From Schizochytrium sp. TIO01 (lineage: Eukaryota; Protista; Bigyra: Labyrinthulomycetes), in NCBI GenBank assembly GCA_004764695.1, contig SMSO01000034.1:1550001-1614000 (forward strand): DNA of 64,000 nt, read 5' to 3'. The stretch's first letter is position 1. Each line of letters begins with the position of its first letter. A program made the translations under genes and the position numbers. Under the pieces are notes generated by a model. That model was given only the letters and a program-made list of their open reading frames with translations. It was not told the DNA's origin and did no database searches. This document shows, piece after piece, positions 43,679 to 58,157 of the stretch.

Positions 43679-45000
43679 TTACTCGTCGTCCTCCTCCTCC
43701 ATGTCCTCTTCGTCGCTCTCCTCCTCCATAGCGGCGATCTTCTCGAGCTTGGCGGCGACGGAGGCATCACGCTCCTCCTTGGTCTTGCGAGCGGGGTGCT
43801 TGCGGGACTTGTCGTGGGTGGCAGACTTGTTGCGCTCCTTCTTGGTCTCGGCGTGCTTGTAGCTCGGGTCAGCGCGGATGGCCTTGTGGACGTTGGTCCA
43901 CATCTCCTCGAGGTCATCAGCGGAAACCTCAGCCTTCACGTAAGAGCCGAAGCGCTCCTCAAGGGTCTTGGTGCCAGACTCCTCGTCTTCCTGCTCGAGA
44001 ATGCGCATGTACTCAGCGATGTTCTCAGCGAAGATGAGCTCCTTGTGGACGGAGGCATCGTACTCCTTCTCATCGGGGTCGTAGCCGGGGAACTTCTTGG
44101 GGTTGTGGGGGATATCGAGACCAGCGTCGGAGGCACCCTTGAGGACACCGAAGACCTTGGCACCGAGGGAGGTACGGGCAAGACCAACATCGAGGTTGAC
44201 ACGGAGGGGACGGCGGTCCTCATCGAGCTCGTCAACGTAGAAAGTGCGCTTGCCGAAGGAGACAGACATGATCTCACCAGTGACCTCATCCTCCTCATCG
44301 TCACCAACACCAGTGTACTGCTCGAAGAGACCAACCTTCTTGAGGGCACGGCGGCCGGCAAGGAGACCGGTGGCGTAGGCAGCGGCGTAGTTCTTGTAGC
44401 CGGCCTTGGCACCGAAGCGCTCGAGCTCCTTGGAGTAGGCGGAGGCGAGGACGTGGTCACCAGCGATGGTGGAGTAGACAACCTGGGCGATCACCTGCTT
44501 GCCGGTGATGCGGGCGACAAGGCGGTACTTGGCGGCATTGTACTTGTTCTTGGCGTTCTTCACCAAGCGCTTGCGCTGGTAGTAGTCGGTGAGACCGGCG
44601 CGGCGACGGCGGAACTTCACCTGGCTGTATCATGTAATTTATTTTATTAATCAAAGCGTTGTCAGTATTCTGCTTGTCCCCAAAACCACCATTCATACCG
44701 AAAATCGTCGCCTCTCTTCATGCTCAGTATGCAACCGAGGGAGCTTTCACCAGTGAAGGGCAACCGCAGGACAGTCAAAACATCCAAGCCTAACTATCCC
44801 ACATCTTCGTCCACGATAAGAGGCCACGCTTGATTCTGATCACCTCTGTGCAAACAGAAACAGCTTGCAGCCACTCAAGATGCAACATGAAAGCTACTCA
44901 TCCCTGACGATGGCACAACGAGAGGAGTCCCCCAGCGAGAAAAACAAACTTACTAGCGCGAGTAGTACGCGTTGGTCTTCTGCTTCTTGACGAAGGGCAT
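43679..45000 (-). CDS. RPL5: 60S ribosomal protein L5 (uL18); exons 45000-44954 and 44624-43679
   Basis: Splicing gives [66 protein letters not shown]; strong codon bias. Confidence 0.97.
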
Positions 45001-45181
45001 CTTGCCTAACCTGGTGTCTGACTGCGACCTTCGCACGCCACAACCTTGCCTGTAATCAATCTGCCTTGCCTCCTCGCCACTGCTCCTCGCCTGCCGCACC
45101 GTGTTACCCGCGTTCCCCATATAATTTGCTTGCATCCCAGACACCACTCCTTGCCACAAAGGATATTCCCCGTGTTCTCTG

Positions 45182-45194
45182 ACCCTAACCCTAG
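45182..45194. promoter_or_regulatory. Telo-box-like element ACCCTAACCCTAG about 180 bp upstream of RPL5
   Basis: Sequence seen directly; function is by analogy to plant telo-boxes. Confidence 0.35.
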
Positions 45195-45873
45195 TTCAAG
45201 GGGTTCCTCATGTTCTGAAGGTTCTATCGAGCAACGCTAGTAATAAGGTAAAATGGGTTGCGCTAGACTGAAGATGGAGTCAACGGCTTTGAGGCATCCC
45301 TCAGCGTCGATGAATAAGAGAAAAATGGTATAAAATGAGGGTTTTCGTACGCAGAGATTTATAAGTGAGAAACAGACTCGGTAAAGAACGAGACTCGGTA
45401 AAGAACTGACGTAGGATTGGTGGAACTGTATGGGTGAATAAACTAAAGACAAATAGTGCTGACCAAAATGGACTGAGACAATGTCCTGTAGTTTGTCTCG
45501 CTTTATCATTGTTCTCTCCTTGAGGTTAATTCTTTCTTCAAATTTTCATTTATACATACATACCTTGAGGTTGTCTTAAGGTATTAGGCCTATTTTCTTG
45601 CTTTTTTTATATCTAAGTGAGAGTACTTGAGTGTGAATGAGAACTTCATATGGGAACTCTTCATGTGTAATTAAATTGTTTCGTCGTACATGAGCAATTG
45701 TTGTCAAAAGTCTCAGCAAGAATTGCCATGCGGGATTTTGAGTGAAAGACATCTGAGACTTGATCGGTGACTGAGACAGCGAGTAGCACTGGACTCTTCC
45801 TCTCCTGTGGAGGCCTTGTGGCCTCACCAACACTGGACTTGTAGTCACAAACCTTAATGCAAGCTCATTAAGT

Positions 45874-48570
45874 ATGACAACATCGCGAGCAAAAATTCAA
45901 GATGGTATTTATTTTAGTCCTGCCATCCGCGTAAAGAGAAAACCGTCTGGAACTTTTGAAAGCCGTAGCGAGAGAGACCTTAACACAGCAAAAGAACATA
46001 CAATTGGAGATGACATAAATAAAGGGGATTTCTATCTTCCAAGGCTTCTTGAACCCAACGAAGAACCAAAGTTTAGTGAAGCATCTCGAAAGCGCATCCA
46101 ACTTAGTGGTAATCTCCTCAACACAAACCCTTTGAGCGACCTATTACCATGGCCAACTGGTGAGCCGATCAGTACTACAGAGACTAAATCAAAGAGGACA
46201 AGCGAGCATCAGCAAAACTGTATTTCTCAAATTTCCCCAAAGCATGATTTCGGTTATGATTCTGATTTTCCTGATTTAAATCAACCTACTCTTTTGGAAA
46301 CAATAGCTACGCCTACTGAGAATATGAATAACCAGATTCCCTCCCCGAAAGAAGTGCCAGGATTGTATATAAAGGTCTCCCGAACGTCCTCACATTCAGA
46401 AAGATGGGGCCCTGGGAATCTGGGGCGCAAGGTTAAAGGGCTTCCAAAGCTAGAAGCAGAAATTTCTATACGACATCACGCAGTACTAGATGAGATGGGC
46501 CGAGTCCATCTTCGACATCAACGATTTGTAGAGCTCCAAGAGCGAGTTGATGTACAACTAATTACGCCACTGAAGCTTTATCTAATGCGTTCCTCAGATT
46601 TTTACCAAGAACGCCCGATGATGCCATGCGCTAACAATACCTTCCTTCTAGATAATTTTGATCACAAACATGGTTACCAAGAACCAGTCCGAAACCGATC
46701 AAGGAATTGGTGGGAAGAACTTTGGACAGAACTTGCCCCAAATCTTATACCATTTCGAAAACGTATTGCTCAGGAAGCCACAGAAGCAGAAGCATTAGCA
46801 GCATTTGAGAGCAAGCGAAAAGTATATGTTGATGGCGTTCTCATGAACCAGCTTTTAATCTTGCGTCAAGGCGCTGTACTTAGTGGGCATGCCATGGTAC
46901 TTTCGGTGTATGGCATGGGCATTGCTGGTCGTGTGTATATCAAGCCAGCTCGCTTCCCACGTCATCTAAAAATCGAGGCCTACTGCCCCCGGCAAATGAT
47001 GACCTATACTCTTCGTGTGGACCTTGAAGACCTTGAAAACCTTTTCAAGGACAGCCTCTACATGTTAGACCCAGGACACAAGAAGGAACTTTGTGAAGAG
47101 CTCCTCCAGATGCTTTATCTCGATGAATCAATTATGGCATTACGTTTAGCAAGAAAAGTTCCACAAGAGTCTACTTTGACTCAACAAAGACGGAAAGAAA
47201 GAAAGCAAGCCCGTATCTCCCAGCAGGAACGCTTGTTGCGAATTTCCCGTGGAGAGGATGTTGACGGCCTACATGCTACTCTTCGGAGCACTACAGCTGA
47301 TTCAACTGGGCATAAAACACGAAAGCGACCATGGCTCCGGCTTCAAGACCAAGTATTATCAACAGTCGTACGACTATCTAACTATAAGCTCGTGCTCACA
47401 GTACATGCGCCTGCAAGACGCAAGAATGTACTCATCATTCGGGCTTATGATCAAGAGTCTTCCAAAACATTTCAACTTATTCTGAGCTTACGCGAATTGG
47501 GTCGTAGACTCGGGGACAAGCGAGATCCAGACCTTTGGGATACCGATCAACGGAAAACAAACTGTGAAGCTATGATTTCTATGCTTTCATTACGCAGTCT
47601 CAATGTTGCTGGAACTGAAATGGCATTAGCCATACAAGATCGTGTGGGCCTTGCAAGGCCTGGACTTGGTCTTAAAAAGAATGAAACAAGACGCCATGCA
47701 CTGACACTCCCTTCAGCTCTATTAAAAACTATACAAGGTGGCGGACATGATGATAGGGGCGATGCACGACGCTCGACCATCCTTCCCGGACTAGGAGGAG
47801 GCGGTCGTATGCGTAAGAGTACCATGGTGGGCAGCCGGCGCACAACGATAGCTATGGACCAAGCTACTTCACGAAAAGATATTGGAAAAGGTAAATTACT
47901 ATGCCGTTGCATACATAAGATTTCTCATGAGACTTGCATCATTAGCTTTTATTCTGGACGTGGAGACCAGGATCTCGTCTCATGGGTTATTTATGTGATC
48001 AAAACTAGTGAAACGCATCGTCTTACGCTGTCTCGAAGCGAGTTAGAAGCTCTACTTAAAACCCACCCAGAAATTGTTGAAGAACAACTGAATGCAAATG
48101 GCTATCGTGCACAACCCCTTTCTGAGAATGTGCTCTGCAATATTATACTACGAGAGCGTATAGCCTTGGGTCCAGGCTGGATCCCAGTGTTAGATCGTAG
48201 CATTTATAGGCGGGGACATCGACTAAAATGGAGTTTCCCGAATGCAAACACGAATGGAATCTCTCAACAGTCTGTTGGAATCCCAACTTCACCAACTGTA
48301 AGCAAAACCGAGGCTGTCGCTACACAACTTGTGTCATATTGCGTAGTCACGGTTTACCTCCTAGATGCAACAACTATTGAATTTGAGGTTTTTGAACGTG
48401 CATCTTGCCAAACTTGCACGTATCGATCTCCACAAGAAGTAATGGAGGCAATCATGACTGATTTAAAGGCTTTGAATGATCTCGAACGGACTATCCAGTT
48501 AGGTACAATTATTGCATCGTTCAAGCTTTCCAGAACGGTGAATGGCCTCATCACTATACATGACATATAA
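45874..48570 (+). CDS. Uncharacterised 898-aa protein with about four copies of a beta-rich module
   Basis: Long ATG-initiated ORF; recurring pattern (hydrophobic strands, I.AY, S..T..L.L...EL). No family recognised. Confidence 0.8.
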   Translation: MTTSRAKIQDGIYFSPAIRVKRKPSGTFESRSERDLNTAKEHTIGDDINKGDFYLPRLLEPNEEPKFSEASRKRIQLSGNLLNTNPLSDLLPWPTGEPISTTETKSKRTSEHQQNCISQISPKHDFGYDSDFPDLNQPTLLETIATPTENMNNQIPSPKEVPGLYIKVSRTSSHSERWGPGNLGRKVKGLPKLEAEISIRHHAVLDEMGRVHLRHQRFVELQERVDVQLITPLKLYLMRSSDFYQERPMMPCANNTFLLDNFDHKHGYQEPVRNRSRNWWEELWTELAPNLIPFRKRIAQEATEAEALAAFESKRKVYVDGVLMNQLLILRQGAVLSGHAMVLSVYGMGIAGRVYIKPARFPRHLKIEAYCPRQMMTYTLRVDLEDLENLFKDSLYMLDPGHKKELCEELLQMLYLDESIMALRLARKVPQESTLTQQRRKERKQARISQQERLLRISRGEDVDGLHATLRSTTADSTGHKTRKRPWLRLQDQVLSTVVRLSNYKLVLTVHAPARRKNVLIIRAYDQESSKTFQLILSLRELGRRLGDKRDPDLWDTDQRKTNCEAMISMLSLRSLNVAGTEMALAIQDRVGLARPGLGLKKNETRRHALTLPSALLKTIQGGGHDDRGDARRSTILPGLGGGGRMRKSTMVGSRRTTIAMDQATSRKDIGKGKLLCRCIHKISHETCIISFYSGRGDQDLVSWVIYVIKTSETHRLTLSRSELEALLKTHPEIVEEQLNANGYRAQPLSENVLCNIILRERIALGPGWIPVLDRSIYRRGHRLKWSFPNANTNGISQQSVGIPTSPTVSKTEAVATQLVSYCVVTVYLLDATTIEFEVFERASCQTCTYRSPQEVMEAIMTDLKALNDLERTIQLGTIIASFKLSRTVNGLITIHDI

Positions 48571-49066
48571 GAGACATATCCGTATCAATAGAAGACAAGA
48601 TAATTATACAAATGAAAATGAATTATGTACTTTCTTTAAACCTGTGATAAATGCGACGCAACACCAGCAAGGATCAATTGTCTTCGTGAAACCTCCATTC
48701 ACCACTTGGAGAACCTTATCTTATGATATCAAAGGACCAAACAAGGGGATATGGCAAGACACAGAGTTAACAGAGACAAAATCGCGAAGGGGGGAGAAAG
48801 CATCAATCAATCAGCTTGCATGCGGGCGCACGCGCATATGCACATCCTTGAAGTAGGTTATTATATGATGAGGAAGCCAAGGAAACGAAAGGGTCCAAGG
48901 CAGGTATAAGGGAAATATTTTGAAAGAAGACGTAGGAGATAAAGTGGGATTGCGAGTAACCTCTTTATATATTCATAAAGAAGGAACTACCATGGTACGT
49001 AGAATTTGTAAAAAATGTAGGGTTTGATAGTGACAAATGGGTTTGGACAACTTGACTTTCAGGTGC

Positions 49067-51213
<2,147 letters not shown>

Positions 51214-52190
51214 TCAGTCTTTTTTGTTCACTTTGCTCTTCTTCCATCGATTGTCCACCAAGCATTTAAGGACTTAGCCACAGCCATTCAAATTGGCCTG
51301 AGCCAATTTTTCGTCTCTGCCACTCAATACATAAACTAGGTCTTTTGGATCTACAGAACCCTAATACCCAGTAAGGAGATGCGACGCTCTGCTTGGTCGC
51401 TTCCATCCAAATCAATCTATCGCGGCTGAAGCCGGCGTCACACCGCGCAGAAGCGATGATCTCCTCAGCAATCCAGATTCGCAGCTAGAATGATGGAGAC
51501 AAAGCCACGACGTCAAGTTGGATATTCACCAGACAGGACGTGTGGCTTGGAGCCGCTCATGCGTCCATAGGTAAGCTCAGCTCACGGCAGCTGGAGCGGG
51601 TGGTGGGTGGTCCTGGCGGCAGCCGTGTGGCCGCGAGCGGCAAACAGAGCGGCAGCAACATGGCGGCCAGCTAGAGCGCTTGAATACAGTGCCGCATGAG
51701 CGGCACCTCAATCTGAGGCACGTACCTGTCGAAGACGTCGTTCGGGATCTGCTGCACCAGTCAATCTCCCGCTCGTGCTTTTCTCCCTTCTGGAAAAGGG
51801 TCCACTTCCACCTTAATCCCTTGTCTCCCGCCGCTCCCGACCCCTCTTTAAACCCGCGCTTTTAAGGCCCTTCTCAGCCCCCAGGTTCGACCGCGAACCC
51901 TCATTTGGGGAACGCGGGGAATGGATTGACTTCGCGAAGAACGTGAATGTGGAAGAAAGAGGAGAGCTTTGTCTCTTTGTTTCGTTGTTTCTTTCTTACT
52001 GAGAAGAGTGAGAGAAGCCTCATCCGTGCAGCAGGCAGTCGGGCTGTGGCTTTGCACGTCTTGTTCTGAGGTCGGCTTCAGGGCCTAGGGGAGAGGCTGG
52101 CAATTGTAAGGCGTGCTCACGAGGGATCGGCCGCAGGGCATTTATTGCAGGTCTTGCGCGATTCTACTCGCGATCTCAGCGCCGCATTAC

Positions 52191-52310
52191 ATTTTTTTTC
52201 TTTTCTTTTTTTCTTTTTTTCTTTTCTTTTTTTCTTTTTTTCTTTTTTTAATTTTCTTTTCTTTTTTAATTTTTTTTCTTTTCTTCTGTTCTGTTTTTTT
52301 TTTTTTTGCT
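52191..52310. repeat. About 120-bp poly-T / polypyrimidine low-complexity tract
   Basis: Direct reading. Confidence 0.95.
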
Positions 52311-52996
52311 TCTGGGTGACGAGAAATGGTCTCAGTTATGAATAAATTAATGAATTACTACATGTGTTTTCTAAATGTCTCGCCCCTCTTCAGAGCTTGG
52401 CTAAATTTTGACCTGACTTACGCCTTGTTTTCCCCGCGGGTTGAAGAAAGCGCTTTCAGGAGCAGACACATCATCATGTGTTTTGCTTTGCTTTGCTTTG
52501 CTTTGCCTTGCCTTTGTTGTGATGTTACCTAGTGTAGTCAAGATTTTGCCTGCTTTGCGTCGATTTGATTTGCAATGCTTCGTTTCCTTTTCTTTCCTTT
52601 TCTTTTCTTCTCGCCTAGCTACGCTTAGGCAGTGCGCTAGAAAGAGATTGCAAACTAATGGAAATCTCATGTGCGATTGATTGATTGATTGATCTGATTC
52701 TTCAGGGCTGATTTCATTCGTTGCGGTTCTCAGAGGTCAATCTATTGCGCCGTTCTCAGCTGCGGAGGTATGATAGGCGGCTCTTCACGCATAAGCTGAG
52801 TAATCTCCTGCTTCGTGGCGAGCGAATCAGCACATGGCCAGAGCCACCGATGATTCATTCTCCCTGATTTCCAGGCCTTACAGTGTTTTCCTCGTCTTCA
52901 GGTCTCTCGCTGATTTCTTGCGGCTGCAAACAAACTAAGAAGTCTTCATTCATCTTGAGAACACCGCGATCTCGACAGTGAATCAATCAATCATCA

Positions 52997-53025
52997 AATC
53001 GATCGATCGATCGATCGATCGATCG
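52997..53025. repeat. (ATCG)n microsatellite
   Basis: Direct reading. Confidence 0.95.
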
Positions 53026-53305
53026 CGAAGAAGATGTGTAGTTCATGGTCGCTCACGAGTTTTGGGCAATCCATGAGGCTCGAAGGATGCTCTGGAGTTG
53101 TCTGGAGTTGTCTGGAGCTGCGAATGCTCCGCACTGTAGATCGCGAAGTTTTCTGATCAGACTGCTTGCTTCCTTTTGTGTTGTTGTTGTGTTGTTTTGT
53201 TGCTGTGTTGTTTTGTTGTGTTGTTGTTGCTTTCTGCAGCGTAAGCAGTAGGTAACAAGGTATTGGACAGGAGGCAGTGTGAGCGAATGAATGCCACCAC
53301 CCAGT

Positions 53306-53791
53306 TTACTTTTTGCAATTCGCAACTCGCAAAAGCTGGGGAAGGAGGCGTTCCATCCACCCCGAGCCTTCCTGGTGCAGGGCTTCGAGAATAAACCATC
53401 GTGGAAGCAAGCGACGCGGAAGCCACCACCACAAAAACAAAACTGGGTTTTCCTGAAGCACTTCAGCGATCTCTAGCTGGCCTGATGTAATCTGCGCTAA
53501 ACTTGCTTGCGTGCTGCGCAATCTTCGAGACCGAATATCTTTTGTGCTTTCCGCCTTGACCCCAAAAACTGAGGGGTCTCTGGCCACCGGCAATGATGGC
53601 AATCTTCGAGCGAATGCTTCTTCAACATCCAGCCAGTGCATCAATGATCCAACATTAATCGAATGTTCATCCAGCATTGGCTCAACATTTGTTTGCTCAA
53701 TCTTGATGATCGATGGTTCATGAAGTTGTAGAACACCTTGGTGCAGTCGCTCGATCCTCAAAGACACCTCGTCGTCATCAAAATCAAACAT
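53306..53791 (-). CDS. Possible orphan protein, 161 aa (MFDFDDDEVSLRIERL...)
   Basis: ATG-initiated, non-repetitive ORF inside a microsatellite-rich region; no motif recognised. Confidence 0.35.
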   Translation of the reverse strand: MFDFDDDEVSLRIERLHQGVLQLHEPSIIKIEQTNVEPMLDEHSINVGSLMHWLDVEEAFARRLPSLPVARDPSVFGVKAESTKDIRSRRLRSTQASLAQITSGQLEIAEVLQENPVLFLWWWLPRRLLPRWFILEALHQEGSGWMERLLPQLLRVANCKK

Positions 53792-54042
53792 TTCTAGCCA
53801 GCCGGGGTGCCTAAACGACTAGGAAGGACCCAAACACCCTCTTAGTACAGCGCTGCAAAGTGAATTAAGAGAATCAACAAATGCAGTGCCGCGATCTATC
53901 TATCGATCTATCTATCTTTGCAAACATTGGCATGTCGCGGCCGCTAATGTTGACGCCGACTGCACCCAGCCAGGCGGAGCTGGCCACCAACAAACATTTT
54001 CTTCTCTGGCAGCACAACTTGTAGCCCTCAATTCCCGTTCGT

Positions 54043-54142
54043 ATTGCATCGCATCGCATTGCAGAGAATTGCAGTGCAATGCAATACATTTCATTGCATG
54101 GCACTGCACTGCATTACATCGCATTACATTGCATTGCATTTA
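54043..54142. repeat. Degenerate (GCATT/GCATC/GCACT)n pentamer repeat
   Basis: Direct reading. Confidence 0.85.
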
Positions 54143-54295
54143 TTACAAAGTGAGCGCAGTGCTAGTGCCGTGGTATGCCACACTTAGCGGCACCAGGTTA
54201 GTAGCACATTATCCTCTCAGTGCACTGCCAGATCGAAGAACTTTTGGCAGCTGCAGACTTCAGGCTCTCTATAAGGTATGTATATCTGATACTTA

Positions 54296-54300
54296 TTGAC

Positions 54301-54336
<36 letters not shown>
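54296..54336. repeat. (TTGA)n microsatellite
   Basis: Direct reading. Confidence 0.95.
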
Positions 54337-57300
54337 ATTTTTATTTGTTTTATTTAATTACTTTAGCTGCAGTGCTGCAAGCGCTTGCATCAGGTGGGAT
54401 TATGCGCAAGCGGCTGAACACTGGCAGTAGTGCGAGTTTATGAAGCCAAACGAGGAGCGAATTACAGGCTATTTATAGAGAGAATGAATGTTCATTTTGG
54501 GTTTCATTCTTTTATTCTAAAATGAAATGATCCTCCTCATTTGTCCAAGTGCGGAGTGTCGATCGCACTTTGGAGTTGACTTTTGCTTGCTTCCTTGCTT
54601 CCTTGCTTCCTTGCCTCTACAGTCTACGATACTAAAATAGCCAGCGGAACGTGATTAGTTATTTGATTTATGCAGGCTAAAGTCCTTGTCAAGGTTTTGA
54701 AGACCTCGGAGACAACTTTCTTCTCTTTATTCATTTAATCGTTGGTTTACGGTCATAAATAAATAACTTGAAATAAACAAAAAGTAAATAAACCCTACTC
54801 CATAACCCCAAAAATGGATGGATTCAGCCGCTTGATCTAGCACACTCTGCCAAAGCAAAGCAACCTCTGCTGCAGTTGAAGCAGGTAGGTAGGTACCTTC
54901 ACGGTCTTTGGAGCTTGGATCTTCTGCGAGCACAAGACCAAAGGTATTCATTCATGTATTCGTTCCGAATGCTACGTTCCTTTGTGTAATTTATTTTCTT
55001 TATATACCTGTATCTATCTATTCACTCCAAAGGCCGGTGCCATCAGAGGTAAAAAGTTAACATTTTCTAACCTGAAAACTCAATCCAAAACAATCAATCG
55101 CTCATTCATTGTGAGGTGTTGCAAGCTTTGGGATCAATCTTCTCAGCGTATCTTTCATGCGCAATAGACACGCGAGCGGCTTAGACACAGCAAATGACAC
55201 TTTTCTCTTCTACGGAGGTGGTTTTGAAGACACCGCACGCGTGCCCTCTCGTCTTTTGCTTTTATAAACAAGGATTTCGAAGAAAAAACTGTAAAGAAAG
55301 TCAATTTCTTTTTATTTTAAAACCCTTTTTTGATCAAAGCTTATTCGTATTGTTCAATAACTTTTTGAATGCCAGAATAATTTATATAGCAGGCATTAGG
55401 CCTAAAAGACATTGCCGCACTTTTGCACGTAGCGAGGAGGCCGAATGTGTACTACTTGATCCGAAACTTCTCACAGGATCGCGGTCTTGCAGGTAGAACT
55501 ACATTTACTACTGGCAACTAATAATAGGTAACGAATAAGCGATACACAAGACATTCCAGATGGCCTGGGTTAGGACAAGAACCCAAAAATCGAGAAGGGC
55601 ACGATAATCTTTCTGAAGAGTTAAAACGCCTTCGAAGATTTCTGGGAAAGTCTTAACTATTGAGAAACCTCGCAAGCATTGCTTAGCAGCGGGAAGGAAA
55701 TATAGTGCGCCTGTACCTAGGTATCGTTTGGGCTTGATAAGCAACTGGAGACTCCAGATGCTCTATCTTTGGAGGTTGCCAGTCTTGGAAGACAAAAAAA
55801 AAAGCAGTTTTCGAAGTTATTGAGTTGTTGATTTATGCATTAATTTATTTTCTAATTAAAAAGAGATGAACTAAAACATGAGAGTCTGAGATTATAGAAT
55901 AAATCTGAGAAAATTGCCAGGAATGATATTGCATAGGTAGGTAGGTGCGAATGCACATAATAAAACTTGTGAATCAGATTTTGAAAAGCACGGCAACACC
56001 ACAGTGTGATCAAACGACCAGGATTTACAGGTATTGGAACTCATGTGTAATGTAAAGCTTGGCTTTTATATTTTCGTTTCTTAAAATTGAAGATGCAGCA
56101 TTTGGAATGGGGTATAGATTCGTTAAATGATTTTTTATTCGCATCACCAGTAGTGTCCTAAATCTCTAGTCCCTTATGGCAGGCTTAAATCAGTATATGC
56201 AGACGTGAATTATTTTCCAATTCAACCGTACGTATCTGATATTGTTCGACATCTCCTTCTAAACTTATTTCCTCAACTAAGCTTTAGTTGTCTTCAGTTG
56301 TTTGTTCCACCAGCAAATTCACCCTAGAAGAAATGCTGGACCTAGTATCTAATTATACAATAATCCTGATTTTACCTTTTCTTTGCTTCTGCAATGATGT
56401 CTAATCTTGTGAATATGAGCATGTCTGATATCACATACATATGCCAAGCCCAGGGCTCCAATAAGATCGAGAAGATAAAGACTAAAAACTTTGTTTCTAC
56501 AGTCTATACGTGTTGACTTTCACATGTTGCATTACAATGAAAAGTGTCATCGTAGGAGACATATATTGAAAACAACGTTTTATCCTGATAGACTAGCTAA
56601 TTTATCGTAGAGGTATTTTGGACATTAGCTTATGTTTCTAAATAAGGACTTTCTTAGAGACGTTGTAATGACACAATTGAAGCACTCTATTTGCTTCTCT
56701 AAAGGGATACTTTGCACATGAAGATCTGTTTTCTACTGAATGTTAACCACTAGTAGTTTAGAACTCTTCATTGAAAAGCTCTTAGAACTCTTCATCGATA
56801 AGCTTTTAGCCTTCATTTGGAAAGCAAATGAGTTTGTGCGAGCCAAACATTGAATCTCAGTCATATCAAGCATATAGCCATTTTCACCTGTGTTCATCTC
56901 CGCAGAATTGGACACTATCTGTAAAGAAATGTTAAAAAATTGTTAGGACTGGGCAACACATATTTCTTTTTTTTACTTTTGGTTTTACTTTTCTAAGAAA
57001 AAAGTGATAGGTAGTTGTACCTACTAATAAGACGAAAGCCTGCAGCACCAAGTAGGTACTTTAAATAAAGTAAAAAGCTTTAGGGATGAAGTCAGCTCAG
57101 AAACAACACATCGAAAAATTGTTCGACCTGTGTCTGACCATCTACTGAGACTCACCAAATGTTAAGCTCCAACTCTCTCAGTAAGTACCTTGGCACATAG
57201 CTAACTAGGTAGATCGAGATACTGGTTAAGCTAAGCATCTGAAATGCATCCCACTATCAACATTATCACGATACTGTTTTGTGTAAAGTTCAATACTTAA

Positions 57301-58157
57301 ACTATCTGCTAGTATACGTAGGTAGGTCTTAATCTGACAAGACTCGGACCTGTCTCAGGTAAGAAATGCTATGAAATTGATAGCAGCGCTACTTTTAGAA
57401 CCATCAACCTATGTAACATGCCTGACCAGATTATTACGTCACATATCATCAAGCAGAGACTAATCTACAAAATATTAAATGCACACCAGCATTTTGCTCA
57501 GTGTACTATATCTGGTTCTGATATAAAGAAAAGCAACCCCACACATACTTTATATGACACAGTGGTTGCACTGTGAAATGTGGTTAGGCGATTAGGTTCA
57601 ACCAATAACAATAAAAATGTGATGGTCAGATGCACCATGTGTTGAGGTGACTTGTCTCCAATATTTGATTCTTGCAAGAGTTAAAGCTACATCAACTTTA
57701 AAATATTTACATTTCATTTATGCTGGTACATAGGCAACTATTACAATCCTGTCTATAAGTTGTTGTGAGCTTCGTCTTAACCTTATAGGGTGCGCAACCC
57801 ACGATGAGATAGGTTAATTATGTTGATGACAATAACATGGGAAACAATCACAAATACAGTCCTCATGGCTCCTTGTTCGCTCGGTTCTTCTTGCTCGGAA
57901 TCCGTGACATTGAAATCCGGGCTTGCTAAGGACAAATACAGAAAACTGCTAGTGGTTAAAATACGTGCGCTTCAAACTTCACACACGTATCTTCGACCAG
58001 CGTGTTGAGGATCTGTGAGATTCCCATCAAACCGAGATTTACGCCAAGCAAGACTTAGAGTCTTAGCAGGATATTGTTCATAAGCAAAACGTTTCAAACC
58101 CGACTTCAAAGCTGCTTCGCAAGCGTGCCGTTGCGAAGGTGGCAGACTAAACGAACA

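Noticed and set aside
43652-44650. 332-aa plus-strand ORF
   Set aside because: Antisense shadow of the codon-biased RPL5 gene.
44625-44953. Intron-encoded snoRNA in the RPL5 intron
   Set aside because: No convincing C/D or H/ACA box pair; TACTGAC is better explained as the branch point.
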